Below are positions 14,101-29,100 of a stretch of 64,000 nucleotides of DNA, in pieces (positions within the stretch are counted from its first letter, which is position 1; each line of letters opens with the position of its first letter). The notes under the pieces are model-generated. The model had not been told where the DNA came from, did not search any database, and saw nothing but the letters and a program-made list of their open reading frames with translations. Source of the stretch: Tubiluchus corallicola. Its lineage: Eukaryota > Animalia > Priapulida. A program made the position numbers and the translations under genes. The stretch spans positions 229,071 through 293,070 of the forward strand of contig JAQGDQ010000291.1 in NCBI GenBank assembly GCA_030141605.1, read 5' to 3'.

Positions 14101-17100
14101 CCTAATAACTGTGACAATACTCAAGCAATTATTTGCCTGAGTAGATGAGCTGAGTAGGTAATTAATTTGCTGCATTGTGGCCACGTTTGATTACTAGCTT
14201 AAGTACACACGTATGCGCTGCTCTCCTGATAGTCTTACGAATCAATTATTAGTGCTTTTCCAGTTTCCCAGAAAAAGGGATTCGCGTAGAGCAGTATAAA
14301 ATTCTTTACACTTATATAACATATATGGCACTTCTGTGCTATTATAAGTCGTAAACTTATTTTCTCAGAACTTGTTTTGCAATTTGTAAATCTTTAGTCC
14401 TATTTGTGGCATTTCAGCCACTTAATAATTCTCGTATTGTTTAAATGGTCCTCACTCTAGTGGGGACTTCTGGAGTTAACTTGCTTAAAACTGCTAGATT
14501 GCAGTGTTTCCCTTTTTCGTCCATGGATGGCGCTGTATTGTTTGCACCTGTTACATTTTTAACACTGACTTTACTACATGTTAACAATACGAACTTGTTT
14601 GCACCTGTTACATGTTTAACCATATGAACTTTTATTATGGCCAGTCGCTAAAAGTTTTATCGAATGAAAAGAAATTATCTAGAAGGAAAGTGAAATTGTG
14701 TTCACTTACATATACAAAATTAGCTTCATTAAGTACAAAGAAATTATCTAGAAAGAAAGTGAAATTGTGTTCACTTACATATACATAATTAGCTTCATTA
14801 AGTACAAAGAAATTATCTAGAAGGAACGTGAAATAGTGTTCGCTTACATATACAAAATTAGCTTCATTAAGTACAAAGAAATTATCTAGAAGGAAAGTGA
14901 AATTGTGTTCGCTTACATATACAAAATTAGCTTCATTAAGTACAAAGAAATTATCTAGAAGGAAAGTGAAATTGTGTTTGTTTACATATACAAAATCAGC
15001 TTCATTAAGTACAAAGAAATTATCTAGAAGGAAAGTGAAATTGTTTTCGTTGACATATACAAAATTAGCTTCATTAAGTACAAGGAAATTATCTAGAAGG
15101 AAAGTGAAATTGTGTTCGCTTACATATACTAAATTAGCTTCATTAAGTACAAAAAAATTATCTAGAAGGAAAGTGAAATTGTGTTTGTTTACATATACAA
15201 AATTAGCTTCATTAAGTACAAGGAAATTATCTAGAAGGAAAGTGAAATTGTGTTCGCTTACATATACAAAATTAGCTTCATTAAGTACAAAGAAATTATC
15301 TAGAAGGAAAGTGAAGTTTTGTTCGCTTACATATACAAAATTAGCTTCATTAAGTACAAAGAAATTATCTAGAAGGAAAGTGAAATTGTGTTCGCTTACA
15401 TATACAAAATTAGCTTCATTAAGTACAAAGAAATTATCTAGAAGGAAAGTGAAATTGTGTTCGCTTACATATACAAAATCAGCTTCATTAAGTACAAAAA
15501 AATTATCTAGAAGGAAAGTGAAATTGTTTTCGCTTACATATACAAAATTAGCTTCATTAAGTACAAGGAAATTATCTAGAAGGAAAGTGAAATTGTGTTC
15601 GCTTACATATACAAAATTAGCTTCATTAAGTACAAAGAAATTATCTAGAAGGAAAGTGAAATTTTGTTCGCTTACATATACAAAATTAGCTTCATTAAGT
15701 ACAAAGAAATTATCTAGAAGGAAAGTGAAATTGTGTTCGCTTACATATACAAAATTAGCTTCATTAAGTACAAAGAAATTATCTAGAAGGAAAGTGAAAT
15801 TGTGTTCGCTTACATATACAAAATTTGCTTCATTAAGTACAAAAAATTATCTAGAAGGAAAGTGAAATTGTGTTTGCTTACATATACAAAATTAGCTTCA
15901 TTAAGTACAAAGAAATTATCTAGAATGAAAGTGAAATTGCATTCGCTTACATATACAAAATTAGCTTCATTAAGTACAAAGAAATTATCTAGAAGGAAAG
16001 TGAAATTGTGTTCGCTTACATATACAAAATTAGCTTCATTAAGTACGAACGGCTTCGAAAAGATGCATCTCACATTAGGACCTGTCGTATATTGTCATAC
16101 ATTCTGGACACGTGCGTATACGTCGCGCTCTTTAAACCGAGCGTAATCTATTCATTTAGTTGCAGAGCTCGTGTTGCTTAACTTGCGTTATCGTTAAGTA
16201 AGTTTTGCAGCATCGTGTAACTGCTGAACCATCATACTTGTGTTATTAACAATTTACAAGTTATGAATCTAAATGTTGGCAAAGGGGGGAAGAGTTGTGC
16301 TCAGCTTACATTTCATTGGCTTTTAAAAATGTCAGTTTTTAGCATTTAAGCTGTGGTATTATTGCTACAACTTTTGCTCAGTATTAAAACAGACAACAAA
16401 TGGATTTTTCTGAAAAGGAAAGACGTCTAATGCATCAAGAACTTCTACGCTTTCTTGCTATTTGATTATTCAGTTAACCTTTCTGGTTTAAGATGCTGCT
16501 GGGCTGCATTCAATCAATTACGTAATTGGCGGATAAGGAAACTTTAATGCTCTAATTAATATGGTGTGAAGTCTGTAATACCGGGTTCCCATGGTAACGT
16601 TTGCCGGATGACGTCACGAGAGTTAAATTTCTCGGATCTAAATCTGGAGAGACTACTTTAGTCTTAGCTTGGTTGCTGCTGTTGCTGCTAGTCAAAGATG
16701 ATATAAATTTCGAGTCGGTAAAACGACCAACATTCTTAGAAGCAGACGTTCCTGGAAGTTTAGAGAAAATCATATTCGCGTAACCACTAGTTATATTCGC
16801 ATAACCGCCATATGTAATAAGAAAACATTCAAAATATTGTCTCAGCAAGAGTTCTAGCAAGGGAAAAGTGCTTAGACGTCAAAACATTGCGCTTTTATAC
16901 GCTTAGTAAATCTCTAGTCAGATTAATGGCGACACGTAATTGTGTAATTTTCGACTGTAATTCGAAGAGTGTTCCGTCTGTAAACGAAAGTTGATTTTGT
17001 CTAAATTCTAAGCGTGTAATTACGTTGTATTGATTTCGAGTATAATACATTGCAGTGTAACAGGGCCTCAAGGTTGAGACAACAGCTTGTGCAAATGTAC

Positions 17101-20100
17101 CACAATAAATTGCCCGTGATGATAGAAGTGTTCCTGTACCCAGACTGCGTACATGGAGCAGACAAAGCCTTTGCCACGACAGCAACTAGTGGTCCGCCCA
17201 GGGCACAGGGCATTCTGTTAGAGCAATGGACAGTACAGATGTTGCCCAAAAGGTTTGTTGTTTGAAATTTTATTTGTTGTCAAGTAGGGGGAAGCACTGT
17301 CACCTGTCACAGCTTCGTGTTTTCAGTGTTCAGAGATACTTGAAAACAAAGTAAAAAACTAGTGATATAAGTGACACGATTACAATGTTTTAATTGTTCT
17401 TACAAATTTTGCTAATTATATGAGTTGAATAATTAATGAGATACTGGCATATTGTGCCTGATTTTTTGAATTTCATTAACTCCTATTTTGTAAATCGAGT
17501 TTTATACTACCGACGTATCTGAATCATATAACATTTTTCATTGTCGATCAAAACTCTGCATATTTAAACCTGTTTATCATTCAGTTTGAAATATACGTGT
17601 ATTATAAACCGGAGCTGTCTAAAAAAACAGAACATTACACCACAGAATGAATCATCTGTTCATCTTTTTTTAGAAGTGCCAAACTAATTTATAGTAACAA
17701 CCATGACAAACATAGTAACAAACATTTATTGCCAGGTATATAATATACTGTATTTTACTAAAAGCTGTCTGTTATTTCTAATGTTTTAGAGACATTGGTG
17801 GTAAAATTACTACTTACATGTTACTACAAGCTGCTCGCTCTTACCTTTACTTCTCTCAGCTGAGTGCTTGGTGGAATGTGACACAGGGAACGAGTCCCGT
17901 CAATGTAGGATATAGGTAAAACTCTTACATTTTTAATTATCAGAATGTCGTGAGTTTGTAGTTAATTGCTAAAAACGTTTTCCATTTGCCAGGCATAAAA
18001 CAAGCGAGCATCGTTATGAAACGAGACGTACTGCAAAGATGCATTATTGCCTTGCATTGTGCTTTAAAAATGCATTGTGCAACTTTTGTGCAGTGTATAC
18101 ACAACTGTTACTAATAGCGGTCCTATTGGACATTCTTGAATCAGTTACTGTAATCAGTATAATGGTATAGTCAGTCAGTCAGTCAGTCCAGTCAGTCAGT
18201 CAGTCAGTCAGTCAGTCAGTCAGTCAGTCAGTCAGTCAGTCAGTCAGTCAGTCAGTCAGTCAGTCAGTCAGTCAGTCAGTCAGTCAGTCAGTCAGTCAGT
18301 CAGTCAGTCAGTCAGTCAGTCAGTCAGTCAGTCAGTTATTCAGTCATCAATCATCAGTCATCTATCATCCTGCCTGTATACTGCATTAACTGTGAAAACA
18401 TCTTCCATTGGCTTACATAAATCATTTATAGCCTAGAACAGACTGTTGTCAATTTTTATCCTTCAAAATCTGCAAAGTAAGCATCTGCTGCATAATCTAA
18501 TGCCTTTATTTATTTAAATAGCTCCCTCAATTTTTCGCTAAAAGATAAAAAGAGACTCTCAGGTTGGATCATTGATGTGCTTGTTCAAAAACTCTGTAAT
18601 CTATTAAAAAATTTCGTTTCTTTTTGTTATGTAGGCTGTGTGTGCCAGGCGAAGCCGTGTGTGGTAAATTCGAAGGAGGGACAGACATGCATACTTTTCC
18701 ATCGCCCAGCGTCAGCAAGTCTCTAGCCATGAAGATTACAGTGCAGGCTCGTACACGGAGCTCGTCTATACCATCGGTGCTGTGTTTTGAGAGTCACTGT
18801 CAAGCACAGGCGCAGAGTGCTGCAAAGAACACATTTGCCTGTGATGGTAAGAAAGTTCTGTGACGGATAAATAAGAAGTAGTGATGTGTGTGGATCATTT
18901 TGTTAAGTGCGAAAACATGTTTAGAAATGTGTAAAAAGAACGAAAAACAGCTAAAAGTTCAATTGTTGAATTGCATTACTTTCAGTTCGTAAGCTCAATT
19001 ATTAGGTTACATATTACAGTATCAACTTTGAAGTATTAATATGTTTTACTTGTTCTAAACAAACATGATTCGATCTATTTGGGATTACATTTTGATCAAA
19101 TACCTAACAGTAATTTGCTTATTTACACTCTTCTTTGACAAAAGAAACATTGATTTATATGATGCTTTACAACTATTGCTTACATTGGTTACAACTATTG
19201 TTTACATTGTTTACAACTATTGTTTACAATGGTATACAAATGGGAGTTTAACACCAAGACAAAACTTTAACTTTTTATGTCCTGCTGACAGTTTATTTGT
19301 CTCAGTGCTTATATCAAATTGATGTAGCTTTGTTCTTAAGGGGTTTAGTGGTTCCAAGAAATTTTGTAGTTTTACTGTAATGGAGATGGTAGTTTTTTCA
19401 TTGTCATGTAAATATGCCTGGTCGCAGATACTTGTTTGGTGCTACTTGGTAAAGCACCACTTAGATATTATAAAAGATATTGTTTCTAGACGCATGAACT
19501 GTGTATTGTATTGTACTTTGTATTTATATTTTTGTTTGTTATATTTTCAGCTAGTACTGGTGCTAGAAGTAAGAAGAAATCAACCAAGAAGGATAACGAA
19601 GACGTACCTCAAACTAAGCAAAAATCCGAATCGCGGGAAAACAGCTCTCCGTATCGATGCCAAGGCCTTGATGATGTCAGTGCACTTCGGAGTTCTCCTC
19701 CTGTGGACATTCCTGAAAACTCCTGGAAGAAACTAGGGAAATCCTCCGATGAATCCGACCATGATGTGTCTCCGCGCACCTACTGCGAGAGGAAGACGGC
19801 TAATCGGATGCGACGACGACGGCCCACCGGACCCTTCAGTATTAATGACAAACTTTCTTTACCACAACCTGACATAGTGTGCAATGAGACGGGAGCTTGT
19901 CAACAAGGGTTCTACGATTGCTGTCCAGATAATGAATTCACTGTGAATAGGTTAGAAGTATCTTATGACACTGAAGTGGAAAAACTAAAAAATGAAGCCA
20001 TGAATTCCTTGTCAAATCAATCAGATGCAACGTACTCTAGGATGGGCTTCTTTCGCAGAGATCCAGCTGAGGATGACGAGGCAAATGGCCACATGAGCAG

Positions 20101-23100
20101 AAAGATGAAGTGGCTGAAGCAGAAAGAACTGATGCGAAAACAGAACATGGAAAAGCTTTACCTTCAACAAAGAAAGGTGCAGAATGTTGCTGAGATACCT
20201 CTTCACACCGAGTCTGGGTCCTCCTTTCCTCATAGGGATGGTTTAGCTGAGGAGGAAAGAAACAGTAAGACTGTGAAGCCGTTTAATCTGAAAAGCCATC
20301 AACCATTATCAGGAGGTGGCTTTGATCTGAAGCATTCTGCAGCAGAAATTATTCCAACTAGGGAAAATCCCGCAAGCAGTAGTAATGAATCTGTTGTTGT
20401 AAGTGACATGAGCAGCAAAAGTACTAGTGTCCCTGCAGAAACAAGCTCGTTGCTCTCAGTTCCGTACGAGAACAACAGGTCATTGCCCGTTGCGAGGACG
20501 TTATTTAAAGCTGTCGAGGGAGAACAAAACGACGATAAAGCAAAAAGAGACGGCAACAATAGCGCGACGCTCGGATCGTCTCCAGTGCGTAAAGGAAGTG
20601 AGTTGCCGTCGTTGCCGAACCCTGCAAGTGAACGGGCAACAGAAGGATTGATGCCAGACAGCTTGAAGATGATTGCTATGGCTCAAGTGAAAAAATATTG
20701 TGATAAATCAATCGACTGTGATCTATTTTATGTTGCTGTACAAACCAAAGCAAAACTACTACAGGCTACAAATACTCAAGGAGAAATCAAGAGTAAAAAA
20801 GAAAAAATACCATCCAGTGAGGTCGCTCACGACGGATGGGGTGAATGTGCACCCAAGTCCAGTGTTAATGATGAGACTGCTGGTGATGGCAAAACAAAGT
20901 GCAAGTTTTATGTCTCTAACGAGGATGATGAAGTATCGCTGCAGAGATTAGAACATCAGATACAGAAAACACAGAAGTGTCTACAGCGCCTCTCTTTTTC
21001 TCAGGAAAATAGCTTGACAACACAAGTCTGTGATGTATCTTCCACCGTTGTAGAAAATTACAAGACCGATAAAGTTGCAGAATCGAGTTCGAGTCAATTA
21101 CGTAGTTCCTCTGATGGTAGCAGTATCGGCAGCAGCATGCCAGAAAACGATGGTTTTATGGATTCACTTAACAAAAGGAAAGTGATGAACTCATCACCTG
21201 ATTTTCAGACGTGCGATGATTCTGCCAAACATTCTGGTGCTTCATCTAAACCCAGCTTTACTTTGGGCGACGTTGGTGAACTAGAAATTAGTTCGTCATC
21301 TGACATGTCAGAGTTGTCCTGTGATGAGAGACAAGTTACGGACAACCTTCCAATTCACGCTGGCCCGTTTTCCAGGGTCCCGCGTAGTCCAACCGACTTG
21401 AAATCAAATTTCTATGCAGCACCTTGTGCAGGACTTGCCAAAAACAAAGGGCTTCTCAGAAACCTTTTTAAAAGTGAAAAGGGAAATGAAAGGCAAAAGA
21501 ACGAAGAAGAGGTATGTAACAATTGATATTAGTACTTGATATTTATGTGAAGGTGTATAAATGTGTCATTAGGCCTGAAGGTGTATAAATGTCTGATTAG
21601 ACCTGAAGGTGTATGAATGTCTCATTGGGCCTGAAGGTGCATAAATGTCTCATTGGGCCTGAAGGTATATAAGTGTCTCATTAGGCCTGAATGTGTATAA
21701 ATGTCTCATTAGGCCTGAAGGTATATAAATGTCTCATTAGGCCTGAAGGTGTATAAATGTATCATTAGGCCTGAAGGTATGTAAATGTACCATTAGACCT
21801 GAAGGTGTATAAATGTCTCATTAGGCCTGAAGGTATATAAATGTCTCATTAGGCCTGAAGGCATATAAATGTCTCATTAGGCCTGAAGGTGTATAAATGT
21901 ATCATTAGGCCTGAAGGTGTATAAATGTATCATTAGACCTGAAGGTATGTAAATGTATCATTAGACCTGAAGGTGTATAAATGTCTCATTAGGCCTGAAG
22001 GTATACAAATGTCTCATTAGGCCTGAAGGCATATAAATGTCTCATTAGGCCTGAAGGTGTATAAATGTATCATTAGACCTGAAGGTGTATAAATGTATCA
22101 TTAGGCCTGAAGGTGTATAAATGTCTCATTAGACCTGAAGGTGTATAAATGTATCATTAGGCCTGAAGGTATATAAATGTCTCATTAGGCCTGAAGGCAT
22201 ATAAATGTCTCATTAGGCCCGAAGGTGTATAAATGTATCATTAGGCCTGAAGGTGTATAAGAATGTCTCATTGGGCCTGAAGGTGTGTAAATATCACATT
22301 AAGCCTGAAGGTGTATAAATGTCTCATTAGGCCTGAAGATGTGTAAATGTCTCATTGAGCCTGAAGGTGTATAAATGTCTCATTAGGCCTGATGGTGTAT
22401 AAATGTCTCATTAGGCCTATAACTTTTGTCGCTTAAAATATCAAGTTGTCTTAAATTTTCATTTTATGTTGTACTTGAGTTTGTCTGTCGGTATGACTGA
22501 TGTTGGTACTGATTTGTTTACAGAACTTTTGTAAGTTTAGTTTCATATAGCGATGAAATATTTTTTACAGTCAAATGAGGTTTTTGCTCAAGCACCTTAC
22601 AAGTCAGTACCATCTGCGATGGATCGGACTCGCTTTAGACGCTCGTTAGACAGTGCGGCCAGTATGATCTTCAACAGAAAGACAAATTTGCCGTCTTCTA
22701 GTAGTCCGGTGAGTAGCCTATGCATGAACATAATGAGAAAATGAAATTTCTTGAAAACTTGCTGATAATTTCACTTTCGGCATCAGTGCTTTCCTTAAAA
22801 CAGTGGCAACTAACGATATCATTAATTAATTGTGACTGTTTGCCAGGATTTTTATAAACCATCTCGACTAGTCCACAGTTTTTTAGTGTCTCCTTTCTCC
22901 AAGTCATTACCCTCAATGGTTTATAAAAATTCTCGCAGTCACAGTCATAATTAATTAATGATTTCACTTTCTTTGATAAACATTTTTTTAAAGGAAAACC
23001 GGATGACTGTGTAAACATTAGTTCAGAATAAAGAATGCTCTGAAATATTGAAAACTACAACAGCTTATTTTAAATCAAAGCTTAGATTAAATAATAATTA

Positions 23101-26100
23101 CCTCGAATACTCAAATTTCGTTAAACTTTCAAAGCTGCGCTCAGCCCGGTGAATCTACTAAGATTGGCAACGATGCCTTTTTGTCACGTTCCCGTGGCCG
23201 ACAAATAGAAGACGGTACCGTGATAACCATGATCATGAACTGCAGTGTTAGTTTCTGACGTCATATGATGTAGCGCCCATTTTCGTGACATCATGCATTT
23301 AAACAGTACTGTAACACTTACGTGAATGTGCTTGATATGCATGGGAAGACGCCTGCCATTGCACAAACTGTGGTTAATTTGTGACGTTAGCAACAGCTCT
23401 ATTGGGTTGCCATTAATTTAAAATTCTAAGCTAAGTATTCAAATATAAGAAACAATTGCTAATTTTTATAGGGAAGAAAATGTATATTTTGGACAGTAAA
23501 TTAAAATGAGATTGGGTCTAAACAATCGTCCGGTCTTTCTTTAATATCCTAAATGAAGTTCCTTTAGATCAGAAAGATGGGCATCTTTGGAAAAGGATCT
23601 CAAGTAACAGTCGTTTTTTTGTGCAACTTTATTTAAGTTTAGTCTTGCAGGAGAGTGTGTTTTCTTTTAAGTTAGCAAGGGCATTTTTCCTTGATGCAAA
23701 TGTGAATTTGGAGGCGATTTCTTCGCTGCTCTACTTTCAATTTGCTGATAAAGTCGTAAGGAATCATTACGTCGGGAAGTGCAAGAATGAGTGAAAGAGA
23801 AAAGGAAAGAGTAAAGCAAAATTAAATAGGAAAGACCGCAACAAGATAGATAGACGAGCGGTAAAAAAGAAACAGAATGAAGGAAGAGAATAGGAGGGTT
23901 TTTTTGTAATGCTGTTAAATTTAATTAGTTCTGCCATTTCATTCATCATCATCATCATACGCCCGTCACGTCTATTGTAGACATTGGGCAGGCAGAATTC
24001 TAAAATAAAAGAATTCTGCCTTCAGACAGGTAAACGCAGCAGTAATCCAGCAAAAAAGTAGACACTGCTACGCCAGTGGCTTGTCAGCACCACTTCCAAA
24101 AAGTGCTGTCATTTCATTCCATGTTAATTGACTATGTATGATTATTTGTATAAAATTCATTCGGAGGGGAATCCTTGATCTGGAAAAGTTGCTCCACTTC
24201 ATACCAACTTAACAACGAGCAGCAAAGTGTTTTTTTCATCCACACGGCAGCTCCATTTTCTCTTCTTGGAAAGTCTATTGCAGAAACATATATGAGTTGA
24301 ACTCATTTTAGTTAAAAATAACTTCTGTTGTATGTCTTATGTGCAGCAGTATTCCTTACATCCTTTGTGACTTATTTTATTTAAAAAATATGTTTGGCCT
24401 TTTTTCAAATTAGTCAAACAGTTTTCAATATGCATTTGAATGTGATGCGATCGAAACATTATTGTTTTGCATAATTTTTTCAGGCACCTTTGCGTCGAGG
24501 CAACAGTGCATTTGAGTTTGACCCGATGTTGACACGTGTCTCAAATATAAAATAGTAAGTAGTGAAAATGACTTGAGTGGAAGGAGATGAGACTTAAGGA
24601 TAACAGCAGTGGTGGTCGGGGTATAGGCACTGTGGAACTGCAGCCAATTTTCACTCATTATTATTGATAACATTCTATATAATAAGTCTCTTCTTTAAGT
24701 CTTCTTGTATGGAACCAGAACACGTGATGGACATGTGCACTTCGTTGATCCAATGAAGTGGTGTTTGGCTGTTGTACGCATGCGGCTGTGCACACATGTT
24801 TGAAATAAGAAGCTTCACTCTAGGTAGAGAGAGTACTGTTACTCGCGCAGTGCCGACCCTGTTCTGCAAGTGCTGTTTCTTTTTGAATCAGCGTGTGGGT
24901 TGTGCTTAAAAGCCATGTATAATATTCTTGAATGTGAACAAGTGTAGAATTAGATAATTATCATGCTTTCAGCTATTCTATGTAATTCATAGTTTTTCAA
25001 CTTGTTTTATTTTACGAAAAATTAAAATAAATTAATCATGACCTCCTTACATCCCCAGAAATAAGTATATATTATTTAATACACAATATAAAATCAATGG
25101 TAAAAGTTTTTTCAAGTAGCACTCCCACTAATCTTAGCTACGAGCCGCCGCTGGATAACAGTCACATTACGTGAGAGATCATTGTGTTTATTAACATGTG
25201 AAAATGTTTATTGCTCTAATGTGAATTTGACCCACTGGCCAGGCATGGCAGAAGATCAGAGATTTGAAATGATGTTGAATTATGCTAGTACAAGTACGTT
25301 TTGAGTTGATGTAATGTTTGATTTGTGGTTGAATAGAAATACTTATCTGCAATTCTCATGTATCGACTTTCCATTTGCTAAGAACCAATAACTGTAATAA
25401 TAGAATGTGATTTTTGCACAGTAATTTTTCTTTATACAATGAGTAACATGTGTTTTTCACACATATGATTGTTCTACACAATGCGTAGTTACACAATGAC
25501 TAACTTGTGTTTCTCACATATGATTGTTCTACACAATGCCTAGTTACAATGACTAACTTGTGTTTTTCACACATATGATTGTTCTATACAATGCCTAGTT
25601 CACAATGACTAACTTGTGTTTTTCACACATGTGATTGTTCTACACAATGACTAACTTGTGTTTTTCACACATATGATTGTTCTACACAATGCCTAGTTAA
25701 ACAATGACTAACTTGTGTTTCTCACACATATGATTGTTCTACACAATGCATAGTTACACAATGACTAACTTGTGTTTCTCACACATATGATTGTTCTACA
25801 CAATGCCTAGTTACACAATGACTAACTTGTGTTTCTCACATATGATTGTTCTACACAATGCCTAGTTACAATGACTAACTTGTGTTTTTCACACATATGA
25901 TTGTTCTACACAATGCCTAGTTACACAATGACTAACTTGTGTTTTTCACACATATGATTGTTCTATACAATGCCTAGTTCACAATGACTAACTTGTGTTT
26001 TTCACACATGTGATTGTTCTACACAATGCCTAGTTACACAATGACTAACTTGTGTTTTTCACACATATGATTGTTCTACACAATGCCTAGTTAAACAATG

Positions 26101-29100
26101 ACTAACTTGTGTTTTTCACACATATAATTGTTCTACACAATGAATAGTTACTAATTATTGATTTTTTCAGTGCATTGTCATGTTCCAAACTAGAATGCCA
26201 GAAGAATGAAACGGAGAATGATTGTTCATCTGGTCCATTAAGCACCAGTGCACCTGCTTCATCAAGTTCCAGCCTACTTGGTAATTTTGAGGTAATTTTG
26301 TTTAAATTTTAATGGATTGTGGTATTTGAAATACGAGAGAGCTCCCCTGAGACTGGTCATGATTGATAGAGAGAAATGTAATGCTCTTTATAGTCTCGAA
26401 GATTATAATATTTAATTAGCTCCTTTCGGCTTAGCGGGCATTGTCAGCTGATTAGAAAGTGCTGGTAACCTGACAGCAGGTAACCGGATTGTAATATTTA
26501 AACTTTCTGTAGCGTCTCATATTGTTTTGTGATTCAGAATTTTATATTCGAACATGACTGTGCCTTACATAGTAGCTAAGTATTTCCATCGCTAGTAGTA
26601 ACACATGCTGAGTGTGTTGTGCTTATAGAATCATTACTTTCCTTTGCAAAGTTGAGATATTCTTTTAAACTAGCAAATGCCCCGCAAAAAATGTTGTGTA
26701 TAAATACACTTGTAATCAATAATACGTGAACCTCCTACATAGTCCTCATTTATAACCCAAAGCCGGCAGCGGCTTTTACTGAATTAAAGTTAAAAAGTTG
26801 TAGACAGAGTATAATGGAATGACATCAGGACTATGCAAAATGTCAGCAGTTTTCCAAGCGAGAATTGCCAAAAATGGAACCTCTAGTCAACTCACCGCAG
26901 CTCCTTTTGGTGGAGGCCTCCCGAAATGCAACCATTGTCATCGTGTGGCCCTGTTCCTTCTCTTTCTAGGTGATAAACTGTGACAACGAAATTACGTAGG
27001 GAAGGTTGAAATGGTTGATAAATGGCTGTTCCTTGTATAGCTTTTTTGAAAATGGGTTTATGTGTGCCAGCTTTTCATCCATGTCTGTGTGCGTTTGTGT
27101 CGAAGAAAATGACAATGTTCTTAAATATTTCATGTGCTAGCCACATTACTCATTCGGCATTTTCACATTTTTCAGGAAAGCGTGCTAAATGGGCGACTAG
27201 AACCGTCGGGAACGGTGGAAGGTTTTACAGCAGAGATCGGAGCAAGCGGATCATTCTGCCCCGCCCATATTAATCTGCCCGTCACTGCTTTCTTCTACAA
27301 TGTATCTGAAGACGACGCTCCTTCTCCGTATTTGGTATGTTTGCAAATCATAATTATTATTTTGCTTCGATACTTCTTACTTGAAGAGATGTCACTAAAA
27401 ACTCGTCATATTCGCTTTGTTGTTTCTTGTTATTAAATCGTTCTTTAAAATTAAATTTCGTTTTTATTTTAGGGACGCATTTAAAATTAAACTTTTTTAT
27501 TTTAGGGACATATCAATCTGGGAAAGAAGGGATATAGGGTACCCAACAAGGGAACAATACAAGTGGTAAGTTTGTAATAATAATAATAATAATAATCTTT
27601 ATTTAAAGTCGGCTTTCAGGTCAACAATTAACATTAGCTCAAAGAGCTATTATCGCCGACTGTAAATAACAACCTGCAAATACATAACAGAGACTATTAT
27701 TGCCCCACTTTTACCCTAAAAACCACGCGTCAGGCAGGGCAACAGCAGGTACCGTTTTAAAAGTCTTTGGTATGACCCGGCCGTTGGTTCGAACTCACGA
27801 CCTCCCAGACGAAAAGCAGACGCATTACCATTAGACTAAACCGTCTTGTATGTCATAAAACCAAAGACGAAAATATGGAATTGGTTACTGAACATTAGTC
27901 AATTGAACATAAAATGTACGTTGGTTGAAGTGTGGCATGATAATGAATTACGACAGCTAGAAATGGGATAATACGTAGTAAAGAGACTTTTTAACTTTCA
28001 AAATTATGAACTTTTTAATATGCTGGTGAAGTATAATTACCTACATGTGATTATAGAGAAAGTTTGCCAGCTGGTGGTAGTGGGTGCTGTGAATGTGGAA
28101 GCTTGTTGCAAAGCTCTGCAAAAAAACAATATTGTTCAAATGATTCAACCAAAGGAATTATCCAATGTACCAGTGTGCCTTCAAAGTAATATTTTTTGTT
28201 TATCGACCGAGCTTTCAATGAAAAAATCGTTGAAGGTATATAAAGAGAGTTACATGCTGATTTGTGTGCTTCCTTGCCTCGAGAGACTGTGACTTTTTGT
28301 AGATTTTTGAAGAAATTTGTGAAATATTGTAATGCGGAATGACGCATGAACTTTATCTGATATATCTTAAGGTACCTTGAAAACAAGCAGGTCTAAGTCG
28401 CACCTGATTATGGGCATGTTTTATCTTACGGCTTCCAAATTCATACTACATATAATTCCCTCCTTTCTTAGTGGCTTCGAACGGATTTAGTACAAAATGT
28501 GCTGCTTTTTTGTCTTTCAGACGCTCTTTAATCCAAACAAGACTGTTGTTAAAATGTTTGTTGTCATGTACGATCTGACGGATATGCCAGTCAATAGTCA
28601 AACGTTTCTTCGCCAACGAACGTTCTATATGCCACCAGGTGCCGTTTCAACAGACGATGGACCGCTCAGGTTTCTTATCCATTTAAGGTAACCATCTTAT
28701 AACACAAAAATGAATGTGGGAGCAGCCACTGCGTTTTATTGCATTTGAGACCATTTTTGTGGCTGCTAGAAGTTATTTCCTCAAGTTGTTGACAGTTAAG
28801 CTCGTGTTACCTGAAATTTTTGACTCATAATTGCACACCAATATACCGATGTGCATATGTTTTGAAAAGTAGAACCCTTGCGATGTGATTTTTGCCGGTA
28901 TTAAATTTTAATAAAGCCACCTGATGGCATTTATCAAATCATTCTAATGCTTATAATCCTGAGAAATTATTCTTTTGATGTGTTGCAATTGCTACTGTGA
29001 AAGGAAGTCCTAGCTCATTGGGCTCACCTCCTATATCCGCCGTTAAGCAAGCTGTTACTAATTACGAGTTGGAGTGAGGTATATATTGATTTGATCAATA

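Noticed and set aside
14897-16146. 322-aa and 114-aa Lys-rich repeat ORFs
   Set aside because: 69-bp minisatellite in an ATOSA intron; a frameshift lies within the array and variation is not biased to synonymous sites.
21548-22418. CRISPR-like appearance of the 28-35 bp repeats (also 34084-34531 and 53752-54207)
   Set aside because: Units are head-to-tail with no unique spacers, no cas genes are present, and the context is eukaryotic introns.
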